Of a stretch of DNA of 64,000 nt, positions 11,701 to 23,650 are shown one piece after another. Source of the DNA: Amoebophrya sp. A120 (Eukaryota > Protista > Dinoflagellata); contig CAJINV010000005.1 of NCBI GenBank assembly GCA_905178155.1, positions 5,979,754 through 6,043,753 on the forward strand, read 5' to 3'. Under the pieces are notes generated by a model, which saw only the letters and a list, made by a program, of their open reading frames with translations, ran no database searches and had not been told where the DNA came from. The position numbers were made by a program, and so were the translations under genes. The number at the start of each line of letters is the position of its first letter. Positions within the stretch are counted from its first letter, which is position 1.

Positions 11701-14700
11701 GCTGAATATTCGTATTTCTACCGGTAGAGGTAGAAGGAGTTATTCTGGTCGTTGGCACGCTTGTCGCGGTTGTACTGCCATTACTCGTTGATCGACTGGA
11801 AATGACGGCCGGGTTGAATGATGTTGTTGTTGACCGCATGATCACAGGTTGTTCTCCAGGACGAGCAGCATCAACATCTGCAGATGAGGAAGATGCAGCA
11901 AGAAAAGCTGCAGCCGCATCTTGACTCACAACCGCTTCCACCTCTTGCATTGTGTAAGGGCCCCTGCCGAGCCACTGCAGTACGCCTTCAGTTTTACTTG
12001 CTGATGCTGGCAGCCTGTTGTGGTCAGAAGAAGTTCCGTCCCAAGAGGAAGAAGTTTTTGCAGCAGTAGATGCTCCTCGCCCACCTGTAGAACGTTCTCC
12101 CAAAGTTGTAATACCAGCTGTCGTGGTGTCATCTTCCTCCTCCTCCACCCCCACCACTTCCGTCAACACACAGCCTTCCAACCACTCAACCACCTGATAC
12201 ACCACGGCTCGCACTTGTTGCCGCTGGAACGCGCGCATAAACCGGTCCCGCGCGTCGTTGTGCGACAGGTCGAAGCTGGTGGGAAAACCAATCAAGGAGT
12301 GGTCGTGCTCAGGGTCTTCAACATCATCTCCGCATTTTTGCTGTTGGTCCTCGCCCGGAGCAGGTGGACAATGTTTTGCTACATTTTCGTCCTGCGGTCT
12401 CGTTAGTTTCTGAACATCACCTTGATGCTGCTGCTTTGTTCCTGCTCCTCCTGCTGGTCTATCATCATGCCGGTCGAAGAACCTGTGCTCCGCTTGTTCC
12501 ACCGCCGTGCCACTTTCGTCCCCTTCGACACAAGCGCTGTTTTTGTCAAAAAACAGCCCGGCTGGCGGCAGTGAGAAGGGGTCGTGGCGGAGCCTGAGTG
12601 TTGTTGTACTGAGACCACTGGATGAAGTTGGAGTTGTAGATGCACCTGCAGCTGCAGCGCCGGTAGAAGTGGCCAGTTTCATCTTTCCGTGGACTTGTAG
12701 CTTAGCCTGGTCTTGCAAGAACTGCATCAGATTTCTGGTCAAGCCGGATTTCGTCGTGAGCTGCGAACAGGTGAAGGGCATGTAGTTTAAAACTTGAAAA
12801 AACGGCAGAGTGTCGCCCAAATCAGTTCCGTCTGCATTGTTCCTGCAGCTTCCGTTATCGTCGTATTCATGTTGTAACATTGTTCTATACCCTAGCCCTC
12901 TGTTACTATTACTTCCGATAACTTTTGCTCCTGCCCCTGTAGTTGTAATACTCGCTCCCGCTGTTCTCCTACTCCCCGTAGTTGTTGATGACGTTCCACC
13001 GCCAGCGTAAAACGGCAAATCAATCGGCAGTGTCGGGATGTCCGTCCGTCGCAGGGCGCAGCGGAAGTGAATCACTCCAGGCGGGGGAGGGGAACAGGCG
13101 AAAGAATGATTTTCATTTCCATCACGATCTTGGTGTTGCGAGGTCTGAAAATAGTTGCTGTAATCAACAGAGGAGGACGATGAATTATTCGCTTTGTCCA
13201 GCAGAAGTGCGTCCTTCTTCGAGCTGACGATTCTTCCTTCCCAGGCCCCCGTCGCCTCCAAAGCTTTCTTCAATATTTGGAGAGTAGGCCTTTCAGCTTT
13301 GTATTCAGTGGAAAGATAGCAACGCTGCTGCAACTGCAACACAAGATCATCACATGAAAAACAAAATAAAAGATGTCCCATGATGTATGACGCAGTTGAC
13401 AGTCTAAGCCTCTCATCTTCCGTTCGGCGACTTTAGAGAAGCTGCATCGTGATTTGTCATGCGTCTGTGTAGTAGAAGTAGCACTCTCATCATGGTGCCA
13501 GCACGGTATATCATTGATTTATCAGTTCTTGCTGAACAAGAGTTGTAGAGCGTTGAATCATTGTTCCACTGGGATACGTCTCGCTGTTTGCACAGCCGCT
13601 TGCTGTCTGGGTTCCATGCGGGGTTGCATTCGATCGTGTGGAGCACGAAGAATTTCTTGGGCTGCTGGGACGAAGAGCTTGTAGTTTTGGCCGAGCGATC
13701 GTTCATCGGCCTCTGGTTCCGATCATTTTCATTTGGGAAGTCGTTCCCAGCGTAGCCCGCAGAAGCTGCTGTAGTACAACTGCCCCACTTTTCCCGCATC
13801 ATTTGAGCCTCGACAAGCTTTTCCCTCTGTACAATATCCTCTGCCTCGTCTCCTACCTCAACATCTTTGAAGGTGCTCAACAATGACTGCTCTGGACCAA
13901 TAATTTTTTTCATCGTGCAGCCATTCTTCGTCGCAAGCAAAATCAGCTGCCGCAGGCCCTCTTGCGCATCCCGGTACTGGTGGAAAAAAGACACGCGCCG
14001 GCGTTTCGGGTACTCAAACACCGCTCGACGGAGCTTAGAAGCAAGGTTTGAGGGAGAAGGAGCAGCTTTTACCACAACAGGATCCTCGACAGCAGGATAA
14101 TTCGACTCTGGCTTACCCTCATGTCGATGTTGAAAAGACGGGCCTGAGGAGGAAGACCAGGTCTGTGCGAACGTCGTCCGGGTGGTGGTGGTGGTGGATC
14201 CCACGCGTGTTCTTCCGGAGGATGCTGAAATCTTCGCTGCGGTCTTCCTACCTTCGGTAGTTGAGCCTGTGTCAACATCAGCCGCAGGAGCTCCTCGTCC
14301 AGAGGCGGAAGTAGTTGCAGGAGATTTTGTCCCCCCGCCTCCTGCGCTGGGTGATGTCTCCGACCCGCTCGATGCGGCACCAGCCGTCCCTGGCGTTGTC
14401 GCGCCGTCGCTTTCAAGAGTAGAACCAGACCTCGTAGTGTCTGTGTCCGCGGAATAATTTCTATTCATCGTCCCACACGGGAGTTTGGGGCTGAGGCTTT
14501 CACCACCCGAGTTTTTGTTGTTCTGATTCTGACCACCGGATACCATAATTTTCCGTAAGAGTCCAGTTTTGGTGAAGAACCCCGCTGCCCGCTCGGCTTT
14601 CGAAGCAAGTAACAACTGCCCGATTTCGGATGTGGCCTGTTGCGTGCGGGCCTCGGTTTTATCAAATGCAAAAATTTCTGGGTCTGGAATGTTAGCGGGT

Positions 14701-15632
14701 TTGTCATGCACATTTTGCTTGACCCAGGACGTCTGTAGTGCACGGTCTAGCATCACAGATTTTTAGAGGGCTTCGTGGTGCCTCCTCCGCATGACAAATG
14801 CCCTCCCCGCGTAGCACAAGCTAGACTCTTCTTGCTGGTCATGCAATACAGATTTTTTTAGCGTCCAGAGTTAGCATCACAAATTGCATCCTTCCAGACC
14901 CAGACATTTTTGCATTTGATAGGTTTGGGAGAGCAGCAATTTCAAGCTGCTGCACTCGTCGTCGAGCTTTCTTTTGCGAGTCGTGGCACCGGCGAGGCCT
15001 GCAACCATCACAGAAGAAACGGCCTGACGAAAGTCGACGGCAGTGCGCGACAGGACGACACCGGTCGGACAAACACCACCAGGTCGTGTCATCGACGCGT
15101 GCGTGTTCTGTGTACTAGCGGTCTTTCCATTTTTGAATTCCTCCGCTCCCCCTTTCCGGTGCAGCACGGCCTTCTGCGCAGTATCTGTTTCCACAGCTGC
15201 GCTTTGTCCGCCACCATCCGTAGGTTTGAGTTCTTCGCCCTCTTGTACTTCTTGTACTTGCCGGTCACGATCGTCCCTACCAGTGCGCAAAGCTGCTGCT
15301 CCGAAGATTTGCGCCTGCTGTTCTTCCACGTGTTGCGGCTTACCGTGATCGGACATCACAGCAGCAGGTTGAGTCTGTACTTCCACGCCATTTGCTTTTG
15401 CCAACATTGCGCTTCCGACGGAAGCTGGAATTCGGGTTGAAGATCCAGCTTCCAAAACCTGCTTCCGCGACTGCTGGATGAGGAGTTTGTTGGCCAAAAC
15501 TTTTTTCAGCGACTTCAACTTCTTCTGTTCCCGCTTCGCCAACGCCTCCTGAATGGCAAGACGACCGCTGTTTGCAGCCGCTGTTTGAATCTTGCCGCCA
15601 GAAGGAGGCAACATTACTGCTGACGACAGCAT
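8760..15632 (-). CDS. Tubulin-tyrosine-ligase-like protein, TTLL3/TTLL8 (monoglycylase)-type, multi-exon with long low-complexity insertions
   Basis: Motifs after element removal: WILKPANAGRGEGICV, WIVQKYIEQP..KRKFDMRQW, WFYNQCYLR, DNFVHLTNNCV, SYEVFGYDFMVD..WLLECNSSPDLSFST. Linking the 13413-15632 N-terminal ORFs needs an unresolved intron near 13.3-13.5 kb. Confidence 0.85.
9491..9706. mobile_element. Introner-like element, family D
   Basis: TATG...GTCATA with tgtgt direct repeats. It is a reverse-orientation homolog of 41390-41565. Excision restores VVRNTPGMRAEE. Confidence 0.88.
9752..9900. mobile_element. Introner-like element, family A (opposite orientation to 4731/11002)
   Basis: TATCCTGTGCAAAAGTATCGTACTCGTA...TACGAGTACGATGCTTTTGCAGTTCATA with ttgtc direct repeats. 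Excision restores QDNFVHLTNN. Confidence 0.93.
10204..10465. mobile_element. Introner-like element, family C
   Basis: TATCACATGTAAAAATGTCTGGG...CCCAGACATTTTTACATTTGATA with atgct direct repeats. Excision joins the flanking ORFs in frame. Confidence 0.9.
10774..10824. repeat. (GAA)17 microsatellite encoding poly-Ser in the TTLL gene
   Basis: Perfect GAA run, read as TCT/Ser on the minus strand. Confidence 0.95.
11002..11151. mobile_element. Introner-like element, family A
   Basis: TATGAACTGCAAAAGTATCGTACT...TTTGCACAGGATA with aaatc direct repeats. Excision restores GRGEGICVKNN. Confidence 0.93.
14660..14921. mobile_element. Introner-like element, family C
   Basis: TATCAAATGCAAAAATTTCTGGGTCTGGAA...TTCCAGACCCAGACATTTTTGCATTTGATA with ggttt direct repeats. 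Excision joins ORFs 14877-15632 and 13413-14756. Confidence 0.92.
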
Positions 15633-18600
15633 GTTGTTTTTGTTTTTCTTATTTATTTACTCTTATGCGTCTTCATTTCCTCGAGACAAAGACAATTCAA
15701 TAAACTGGGGCTTCAAAAATGACAAGGCCAACTTGATGACTTATGGCTTCGAGGATGTCAATACATTTGCATCTCACGCACATCCATTCGCGCTGCTAGA
15801 AGATAAATACGATATGAAGTCGCGGCGCTTAGAGTGTACGTGAGGCTTTTGGCTTGTTGGCGCTGGGTGGCGGTATCGGTAAGCCTTGTTCTAAATAAAA
15901 TGTATATTAATCATGATCATCAATAGCAGGTGGCTACGTAGCAGCTATCGATGGGCTTTAGTGCTGGAGCCTCCTTGGCGGGGATGGAGCATAATTTCTG
16001 ACGCAGGCAGAGCTAAAGTGGCCATACTTTTACTTACACAAGATACTTTTATCAATTTATATTTTTAACAGCGAGGGCATCAAAATCGACACAAATCCAG
16101 TGGGCACTGAGGCTGAGCCTGCTGTGGGTATAAGATAGACAGCGCTTTAGAAGCACTGTCGCAAAAATCAGTAAAATTGTTTCCGACAAGAATGACGAAC
16201 AAGGACAGTCGCCACGAGGCCTCGCTGTATCAGACGTCGCGAGGCAGCTGCAACAAGGAAGATGAGCGCTCTTAGCCTCATGTTCATGGCGTTGACGACT
16301 ACGACTACTACGCGGGCCACATTGATGAGACCGAAACCTGAACGACGCAGAGATCTTGGTCGGCTTCTACAAAAAGCCACCAATTTGGCGGGGAACGAAA
16401 AACACCATTGCCGGGACGGGCACTGGAGACGACTTTCATAGGACGACGAAGCCAACAGCGATGACGAAACGCGCGGCCGGCTGGCACCACGGGGCCATGC
16501 CCGATCCTACGTAGCGAGAAGTCACTTCTCGCTACCACGGTACACTTAGCGTCGAACTAGACTGTGAATGATACTAGGCCCAGAGTGTGGGGCGCGTGAA
16601 GATGAAGGAGATGGCGCTCTCTGTATCACCCACTCCACCGACCCGTGGTTTGCAAACAAAACTGCAGGGCGGGCGCTGCTAGAATGAACCGACGCGGGAC
16701 GACCGGGCAGCAAGGCGCTGCGCCACTGATAATACTAATAACCCGGCCTCTGGGCCATGCTTTCTTGCTTTCCCCTTCGTCTTCGGGGACGGGGCACACA
16801 ACGTACAAGATTCGCACACGCTCACACAGCCCAACGCCGGCTCGCAGGGCGCGCGGGGACCAAAATGAGCGGCGGCAGAACAGGCGAGGGCACACTCCAG
16901 CCCACATAACACAGGGCATGCTGGCTCGGTGAACAGGGTCGCACGCAGGGGGGGCCAGCGGTATGGAGATCTAGGCGGGACCTCTTGTGGCGGCCCATAA
17001 CACGCAAGCAGAAGCAAGCGCGGGGGCAGCTGGCAATGCTGTGCCACCCTCTGTCGGTTTCTTTCTCAATCAATGAAACGAACAGAAGCCGACAGGGCCG
17101 TACGTCAAGGCAATAAAATGGCGCTTCGACTGTCTGTTTTCTTTTTGTTGGCACAACGAGAACGACGGCAAAGACATGACACAACTAGTACGGAACTCAG
17201 TTTCAAGCTCAGGGTCGATCGAAAACAGCAAAAAAGCTCGTTGCGGAAGAGCGGCACAAGACTAGCTCCTGTCTGTTGGTGCAACAAATAAAGTGGGCCC
17301 CGCTTCACTTTTGTACTTGTTGTGGGACCTGTGGGCCCCGCTTCACTTTTGTACTTGGGGGGGTGATGGGGCCCCGCCCCATTTGGTCGTCGCGGCGCGA
17401 AGCCGCAAAATCCCTGGCCCACGTCTACCGCCAGAAGTATTCCGACCGCGGGGCGCTCCTGAAAACTGAAAACGGGATCGGGGGCGATGGCAGAAAAAAA
17501 TAAAAAAGCGCCACGAGTGGGGGGCCCGGAACAGATATGCGCTCCACCTGCTAGCTCGCTGTCAAGCACACACCCACACGAATGGGAGTCGTGCTGCTTC
17601 TTCCGGTACGGAACCGGACACCAACACTCCCGTGGAGCGCTCGAAGAACCTGTGCCCGGCTTGTTCTTTGGCAGCAAATTTTATTCACGGGTTGCCGCGC
17701 CTCCACCAGGACCGGGAGGAGCTTTGCTGGTGTGACATCTGGCTGGCGCTGGGGCTCCGGTTCTCCGCGACTTCGCGCAACAGCTGCGGGGTCGCCCGCC
17801 AGCGGGATGGTGGCGAAAATTGGGTGTTTCGTTCTCTCTTCTTCGGGGCGGCATGCAGATGAGGGACCGCTTGCCAGTGGACGGGCGCCATGCGATGTGT
17901 CGCTAACTCGTGCATCCGCAATTCCATGCCGATGCCTGGCCTAGGGTCGAAATAATTGTTCCACCCGAGCGTCGGGTTGTTGATCTCATACGCGACGCGC
18001 CTTTTTTTTAGCTCCAAAGCCTCCCCATGGACGCCGGAGAGCCACGCCAAGAGAATACCCCCCAACGCAGACACCCCCGGTCACGCGGCTTAACAACACA
18101 CGCCTGCGTGCGTTCGCTTTCAATTGGCCCCGCAGGCGCCCAGGCAGGCACCCACCCTCACACCGCAAATTTCCCAGGCTACCGGCGGGGGGGGGGCGTG
18201 GTTGGCCGCGACCCCTGCCCTAGGCTACACCGGCTGCGCGACCCACTGCCAGCGCAACTGGGTAAAACCCGCCAGGAAAAGGAGACTGACACCACCATGC
18301 CCGGCTTTCTCTTGCTGGGCCGCCGGGTGCGTGGGGGCGGCGGGTTGGCGGGGGGCCCATAAATGGCCGGGGAAGGGCAATAGCGGAGTGGCAGAAACGG
18401 CGGCGGCGCGCAGCCTGGGCGCGCTTGCTTGCGTCCCCCGGGCGCACCCACTTTTCGCGACGGACACGCAGCAGTCCAGGCGAGTCTTTTGGTCACCCCC
18501 AAAACCCTTCGAGGCCCACGCCCGAGACAGCTTCTAACGTCTGCAATAACCAAGACGCGCGGGGGGTCGCTTACCAACCTTTTTGCGAGACTAGGCCCGG

Positions 18601-20659
18601 AGAATATAGATAGTAAGTAGGCCCCGGCTAGCTTGCTTGGCTCCTTCGCTTCGCCGGCCAGACGAGGCGGCCGGCGAGCGCAAGTGCAAACGCCGGCCCC
18701 GCTCCTTGCTTCCTTGGTGCGGGTGGGAAGCAGATAGGGAGGCGAAGGGAGGGCCCTCGGGTATGAATGTGGCCAAAACCGATCAGGCCCCCGACGGTGG
18801 CTCCACTTCTGCAGCCGCCAAGGCCCAGCAAAGAAGCAAGGCAGGAGGGACGCGCGGCCCGCGGGCCGGGCGGGCCCCGGTGGCCCGCCGGGCCTGCGGA
18901 AAACAAAGGCGGACGGCCGCCCCGGGGGCGTGCGAGGGAGAAGAAGGGCGAAAGGCTGACGCGCGCACGCGCGCGGCCTCCTGCGCTTTATTTTCAAAAA
19001 AAGAATAAGAAAGCCATCGCCTTCGGGAAGACTGCGCGGGCGCGCCCGCGCCCTTCAGCCTTTGGCGCGCGTGCCATCAACACAAACACAGACTAGGCGC
19101 AAAGGCTTTCATTGACTGCCTGGCCCGCCCGCGCGGCAACAATGGCACAGGGCCACCGCCGGGGCCGTTCAATAGTGATCGATGCCCGCCGCAGAAGCCA
19201 TCGGCAGGACACCAAGCGAAGCGAGCCAGCCTGCCAGGCAAGAGGCCTCTAGGCGCACCCCCTACTGAATGACAGCCCACGGCCCGGGGCGGCTGTGCAG
19301 GCAGCTGGGGCCACAGGCATGCGCCCTTTAGTTATATACCAAACGGAAGGCGGGGCTCGCTGGGACCACAAGCACGGCCGCGAAACACACGGCCCCCGCC
19401 TCCAACCCCCGGGGCGGCCGGGCCATCGAGCCCCCGGCAAATAGGCGGCGGGGCAGCCGGGCCATCGCTTGCGCTTCTTCCAAACAGAGCCAAGCTGTGC
19501 TGCGGGCTTCTTGAAAAACCGGCGCCCCCCCCGGGCCAATCCCATTGGGGGTTGCGCCGGCCGCCTATATATGCGCGCGGCGCTTCGTTTGGTTTCGTGC
19601 TAGTTTGTTGGCTACCTAGCTACCTTCCTAAGGCCTCTGACAGTTTTTGCTTCTTTTTCGCGTTTTTCCCCGAAGACGCCTGCTAACAAATTCGCGAAAG
19701 CCATAGCGCAGTTTTTTTTTTTAGCCGTTCAAGCCGCGAGAAGAAAAACAATAACACGCCACCGCCCAAAAACATAATAGCGGCTAAGAAAGTAAGTAGA
19801 CTAACGCGACCCGGCCGGGGGGGGGGGGGGCGCAAAGGAACACACGGCCCCGGGCGGAGGGCGGCGCCCGGACCGACTGAGGGCGGGGGCCGGCGGAACA
19901 TGGATGCGAAGTCCCAACCCGGCCGGGCGCCAAAACTAAGACGAACCCAAAAAAGCCACACGCCGGCGGCAAGCTAGCCGGGCGGCAGGCAACTTGCCCA
20001 AGCGCCCACCAGCCGGACACCAAGAAAAGCCGGCGCGCACAGTCGCTCGCAGCCCCTCGGAGCGGCAACCGCCCACCCGCCCACCGCCTTGGGAGGGAAC
20101 AATGCCACCACGCCCAGGCTTCCATCTTCCCATCGGTGGGCCTGTCAGGCAGCGAAAAGGCCGACGCGCCGTCCGGGGAAGCCAACAGGGGACGGACACC
20201 CACGCCAGGGGCCGGCTCGGGGGCTCGCACGCCAAAAGCGAAAAGGGCGATCGGAGATAGAAGCACCCCAAGGAAACTTGGGCCGGGCCCTGTTTTGGGC
20301 TTTCTTAAAAGAGAAAAGGGCTGCGGGCGGGGTGGCTGGGAAGGCCGGCGGCGGCCGCTTGATCGGGACAGTGGAGCGAATGAAAACGCGCCAAGGCCAG
20401 CGCGACCAATTTTGCTATTAGGGGTCTCTGCGGCGTTTTTTCCCGCCCAAACCAGCAGGGGCCGGCAACCTGACGTGGGGCCGGCGCCCCAGGGGCCGGC
20501 TGCCTGAGAAGTGGGCCGCCTGCCTTCTCCTTCTATCCGAGCCAATGAGCCTCACACGGCCGCAGGAAAGTCCGCGCGCCCTCCCTGCCCGGGGGCCCAG
20601 GCCAAGCCCCCAAGCTTCGGGCCATACCATTCATGGGGCGACCGGCCGCCCCGCCGAAA

Positions 20660-21277
20660 TCATATTGGAACCTGCCCCCCGCCCAAGAACCCCTTCCGAT
20701 TGTGACGAAGCACTACCATCGGGCAGGCGCCGCGCCTGAATTGAGTGCGGCGGGCCCCCGCTTTGTTTTTTGGCCCGCCTGGGTGCCATTGCGGGCCCAA
20801 AGACCTGCCCGCCCTGGGGCTGCGCTCAGAGGTCGCGGCGGGCTTGCTGTCCAAAGGGCCGACTGGCCAGAAAAGAAGCGGGGGCCGGCCCACCGGGCTT
20901 TCTGACCTTCGTCTTTTGTTCTCATGCTCGCTGCGTGGGCAGGCGGCGCGCGCCGCGAGGGTGGGGGCGTGCGTTCGTGGGGTATCTGGCGACAAAAAAC
21001 CTCCATTGGCAAGAGCCGACATGCCATGTAGCCAATAGTACACGTTCGGGCTCGTCTGCGAATACTTTTGCTCCTGCGCTTGCATCTGACGCCACACCAC
21101 GGGAAGGTCGGTAGACTGAAAATGTCGCGCGCGCACCCTGCTGATCGCATCGCGAAATTCAAACCCCGGCAGCGGCGGAATCCATTCCTGGAGCTCCGAA
21201 ACGGTGAGCGCCCAGTCGTCTTGCGTGCGGACAAGGTTAACGAAATCAGCCACGAACGTCTGGCAATCGCGCATCAC
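20660..21277 (-). pseudogene. Orphan ORF or gene fragment in a GC-rich island
   Basis: The first ~100 aa look protein-like (TFVADFVNLVRTQDDWALTVSELQEWIPPLPGFEF), then decay into GC-rich low-information sequence. No recognisable domain. Confidence 0.3.
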
Positions 21278-22363
21278 AAGAAAAGGCGTGCGCGTCTACG
21301 GTTTCTCTATCAGTTTCTTGGCAGAAAAAAGCTTTTGTGGCTACACGGTGCGACCAATTTTGATTCTTTTTTCTCGCAGCCTTGGGCCATCCCCTTTGCC
21401 CCTTCGGGGTTCTGAAGTAATAAAACTGTTGGGGCGGGCAGCTAGCGAGCAAGATGCGATCCACAATGCTGCGCCCCGTAAAGCTTTGAAAGAGTTTCCC
21501 AAGCCCTGCTGTCCGGGCTCCAGGGCAATGATGACCTCAAGCCGGTGGCTCAGGGCCCCAGGCGTAGATGGTGAGACGCGCCCCCGAAGGCGCCACAACC
21601 ATCGACGCAGGACGCTGCTCTGCTTGCGCTTGGGTCAGGCAAAATGGGCCATGGCGTCCTTTTTAGATATGGCGCTACTTGCGGTTTATCTAAGTATTTG
21701 AAGAATCCGAGGAAAAGGTCAACGGCTTGCTACTATTTCGAGGCCAAGAAAAATGGCATGTCCCGAAAAGAAACCGTAAACGCCGTACCTAGACCTAGAC
21801 GGCATGCTAGTATGGTCTATTTTCCTTCACTCAAACAGCTGCAAGCATCGGAGCACGTGTTCTGAGAAGGTCAATCGGGCAAAGCGCCGCTCTGTCTAGT
21901 TAAGCCACTTACGGTTTTTTTGGCCATTTTACCATTTTTGGCGATCATGCCGTCGCACCTCCTAGTTAAGGTGTCTGCGGTTTTTTGGGTGCCGGCATAT
22001 TTTGGGCATTTTGGTGCCCAAAGCTCGCCAATTTCCCACGCCCTCGAAAATGCAACTTTTCCTCCAATCATGGAGAAAATCTGGCTCGAAGTGACGATAT
22101 GGAAATGGGAAAAGGGACACAGCGATGAACTGGTGGTGACGCCAACCAGATGCCAGCTCTACTTAGACCCACAAGTCTGAGCGCCAACCACTCCTCGAGG
22201 CTGGACCGCCCTGGCCCGGGTCCCGAGAGCCGACATTGAGGGGCGAGAAGGCATAACGCAAGGCGATTCCGGTGGGCGGAAATCCGTATCGCCATACCCT
22301 GCCCTCAGTAGCTAACAGAGTCAACGAGCGAACTCCAATGCACGCCGCGGAAAAAGTTTTTAT

Positions 22364-23650
22364 TTAAAAAAACCAAAGACCGTAAACGCAAACGCTTTTT
22401 CTTTCGATATCGTGCACCCCGGGCAGATAGTGCGCCGCATAATACTGGCGCGCGTCCACAAGCGCAGCAAAGGTCTCGACGAGACCAACCAAGCCCCCGG
22501 AACCGTTGTGGGGCCCCGGTAACCACATGGAATTGGGGACGTTACCGCTTGTATCCAGGACGGGTTCCTCATGGCAGGGGAAATTGGTCCCGGGCTGGCC
22601 GTGTATTGGGCCGTAAATCATGGCTCCGTAGTCCGCCTCATACTCCAGCGTGTAATATACGTCCTGCAAAGTGTCATGAACCGACACGAAATAGTGTTTA
22701 ACGGTTTTGACGATGCGGCTCACCCAGCTACCTTCTTGTACTCGTATCGAGCAATAGTGCACCAAAATCTCCATCCCGGGCTTCTTGTTGGGCGACCGCA
22801 ACCACGAAAAATAGCGAAACAACACAACATTACGAAGTTGCTCGTACAACATGCTGTCATATTTTCTCTCATAGCCCATGACGAGACTCCTGGTGGCAAG
22901 GCCAGGCTCGAAGTTAAACGTTAAATCAAATTCTTGGCCCCTGCCGGGAAACCACCGAGGGCTTGGTGCGCTGCCGGGACGCAAAAACTGACTGAGGGGC
23001 GGCGGCGGGACAGCAACCCACCAGTGGAGGTCGTGGGGCCCTGGGGGAGGCGTCCGCAGATAAAACACTGCCTGCGGCTCGTCGCCAGGAGCGACCGAAG
23101 AGACACTTTCAGACAGCTCCAAACCCGCGGTTGGCGCACTGCTTCCTGGCCCTTCGGCGTTCTGCTCCTGCGCAGCTTCTGCTTCATCTGCTCCTCCTTC
23201 CTGCCAGGACCCAACTTTGTTGCGGGCGCCTCCGGGCTGTTCTTCTGGACCGAGAAGAATCGGAGGGGCGAGCCCTAGCCGTTGTTCCCCATGCGTGCCA
23301 TGGATTCCGGCATTGGCGGCAGCGGATTGGGCTCCCTGATGCTCGGCGCGTGCTTCGAGAATTTTGGCACGTGTCCCGCGTAGCCGATACACTGGCAGCT
23401 GGCGGTCTGCGTGGGTGTCGTCCTGGCTGACTTCGCGTCCAAGCCGATCTTCGCCAACACGGACCGTTTTCTGCAGGAAATCACTGGCATCGGGTTTGGC
23501 GGTCGAAGCTGATGGCATTTCAACAGGGGAAGATCGCGTCTGGGCTGCAAATATGCATCGCATGAATATGTCCGGGTCTCGGGCATTAAGCGCAATTTTG
23601 AATAAATGACGTTTGTCAACATGTATGGTGTTCGGCTCCGCCGCTTCCAT
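22364..23650 (-). CDS. Hypothetical protein (orphan, possibly pseudogenised)
   Basis: 428-codon ORF whose C-terminal ~200 aa have globular, aromatic-rich composition. No family recognised. Confidence 0.45.
   Translation of the reverse strand: MEAAEPNTIHVDKRHLFKIALNARDPDIFMRCIFAAQTRSSPVEMPSASTAKPDASDFLQKTVRVGEDRLGREVSQDDTHADRQLPVYRLRGTRAKILEARAEHQGAQSAAANAGIHGTHGEQRLGLAPPILLGPEEQPGGARNKVGSWQEGGADEAEAAQEQNAEGPGSSAPTAGLELSESVSSVAPGDEPQAVFYLRTPPPGPHDLHWWVAVPPPPLSQFLRPGSAPSPRWFPGRGQEFDLTFNFEPGLATRSLVMGYERKYDSMLYEQLRNVVLFRYFSWLRSPNKKPGMEILVHYCSIRVQEGSWVSRIVKTVKHYFVSVHDTLQDVYYTLEYEADYGAMIYGPIHGQPGTNFPCHEEPVLDTSGNVPNSMWLPGPHNGSGGLVGLVETFAALVDARQYYAAHYLPGVHDIERKSVCVYGLWFF

Noticed and set aside
3480-15632. 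Pseudogene or frameshift interpretation of the fragmented genes
   Set aside because: Exons retain intact catalytic motifs and frames are restored exactly, even around old, diverged insertions, which indicates continuing selection.
16511-16560. Helitron 3' end (hairpin followed by CTAG)
   Set aside because: The spacing is long, CTAG is not followed by T, and no matching 5' TC end or Rep/Hel ORF was identified.
18027-20905. Many overlapping Pro/Arg/Gly/Ala-rich ORFs (also 51068-52926)
   Set aside because: Expected from stop-codon scarcity in GC-rich DNA; no domain-like content.
23275-23622. IGYAGHVPKF resembling ciliary microtubule-inner-protein GYxGxVP repeats
   Set aside because: A single short match in an alternative frame overlapping the longer ORF; insufficient support.
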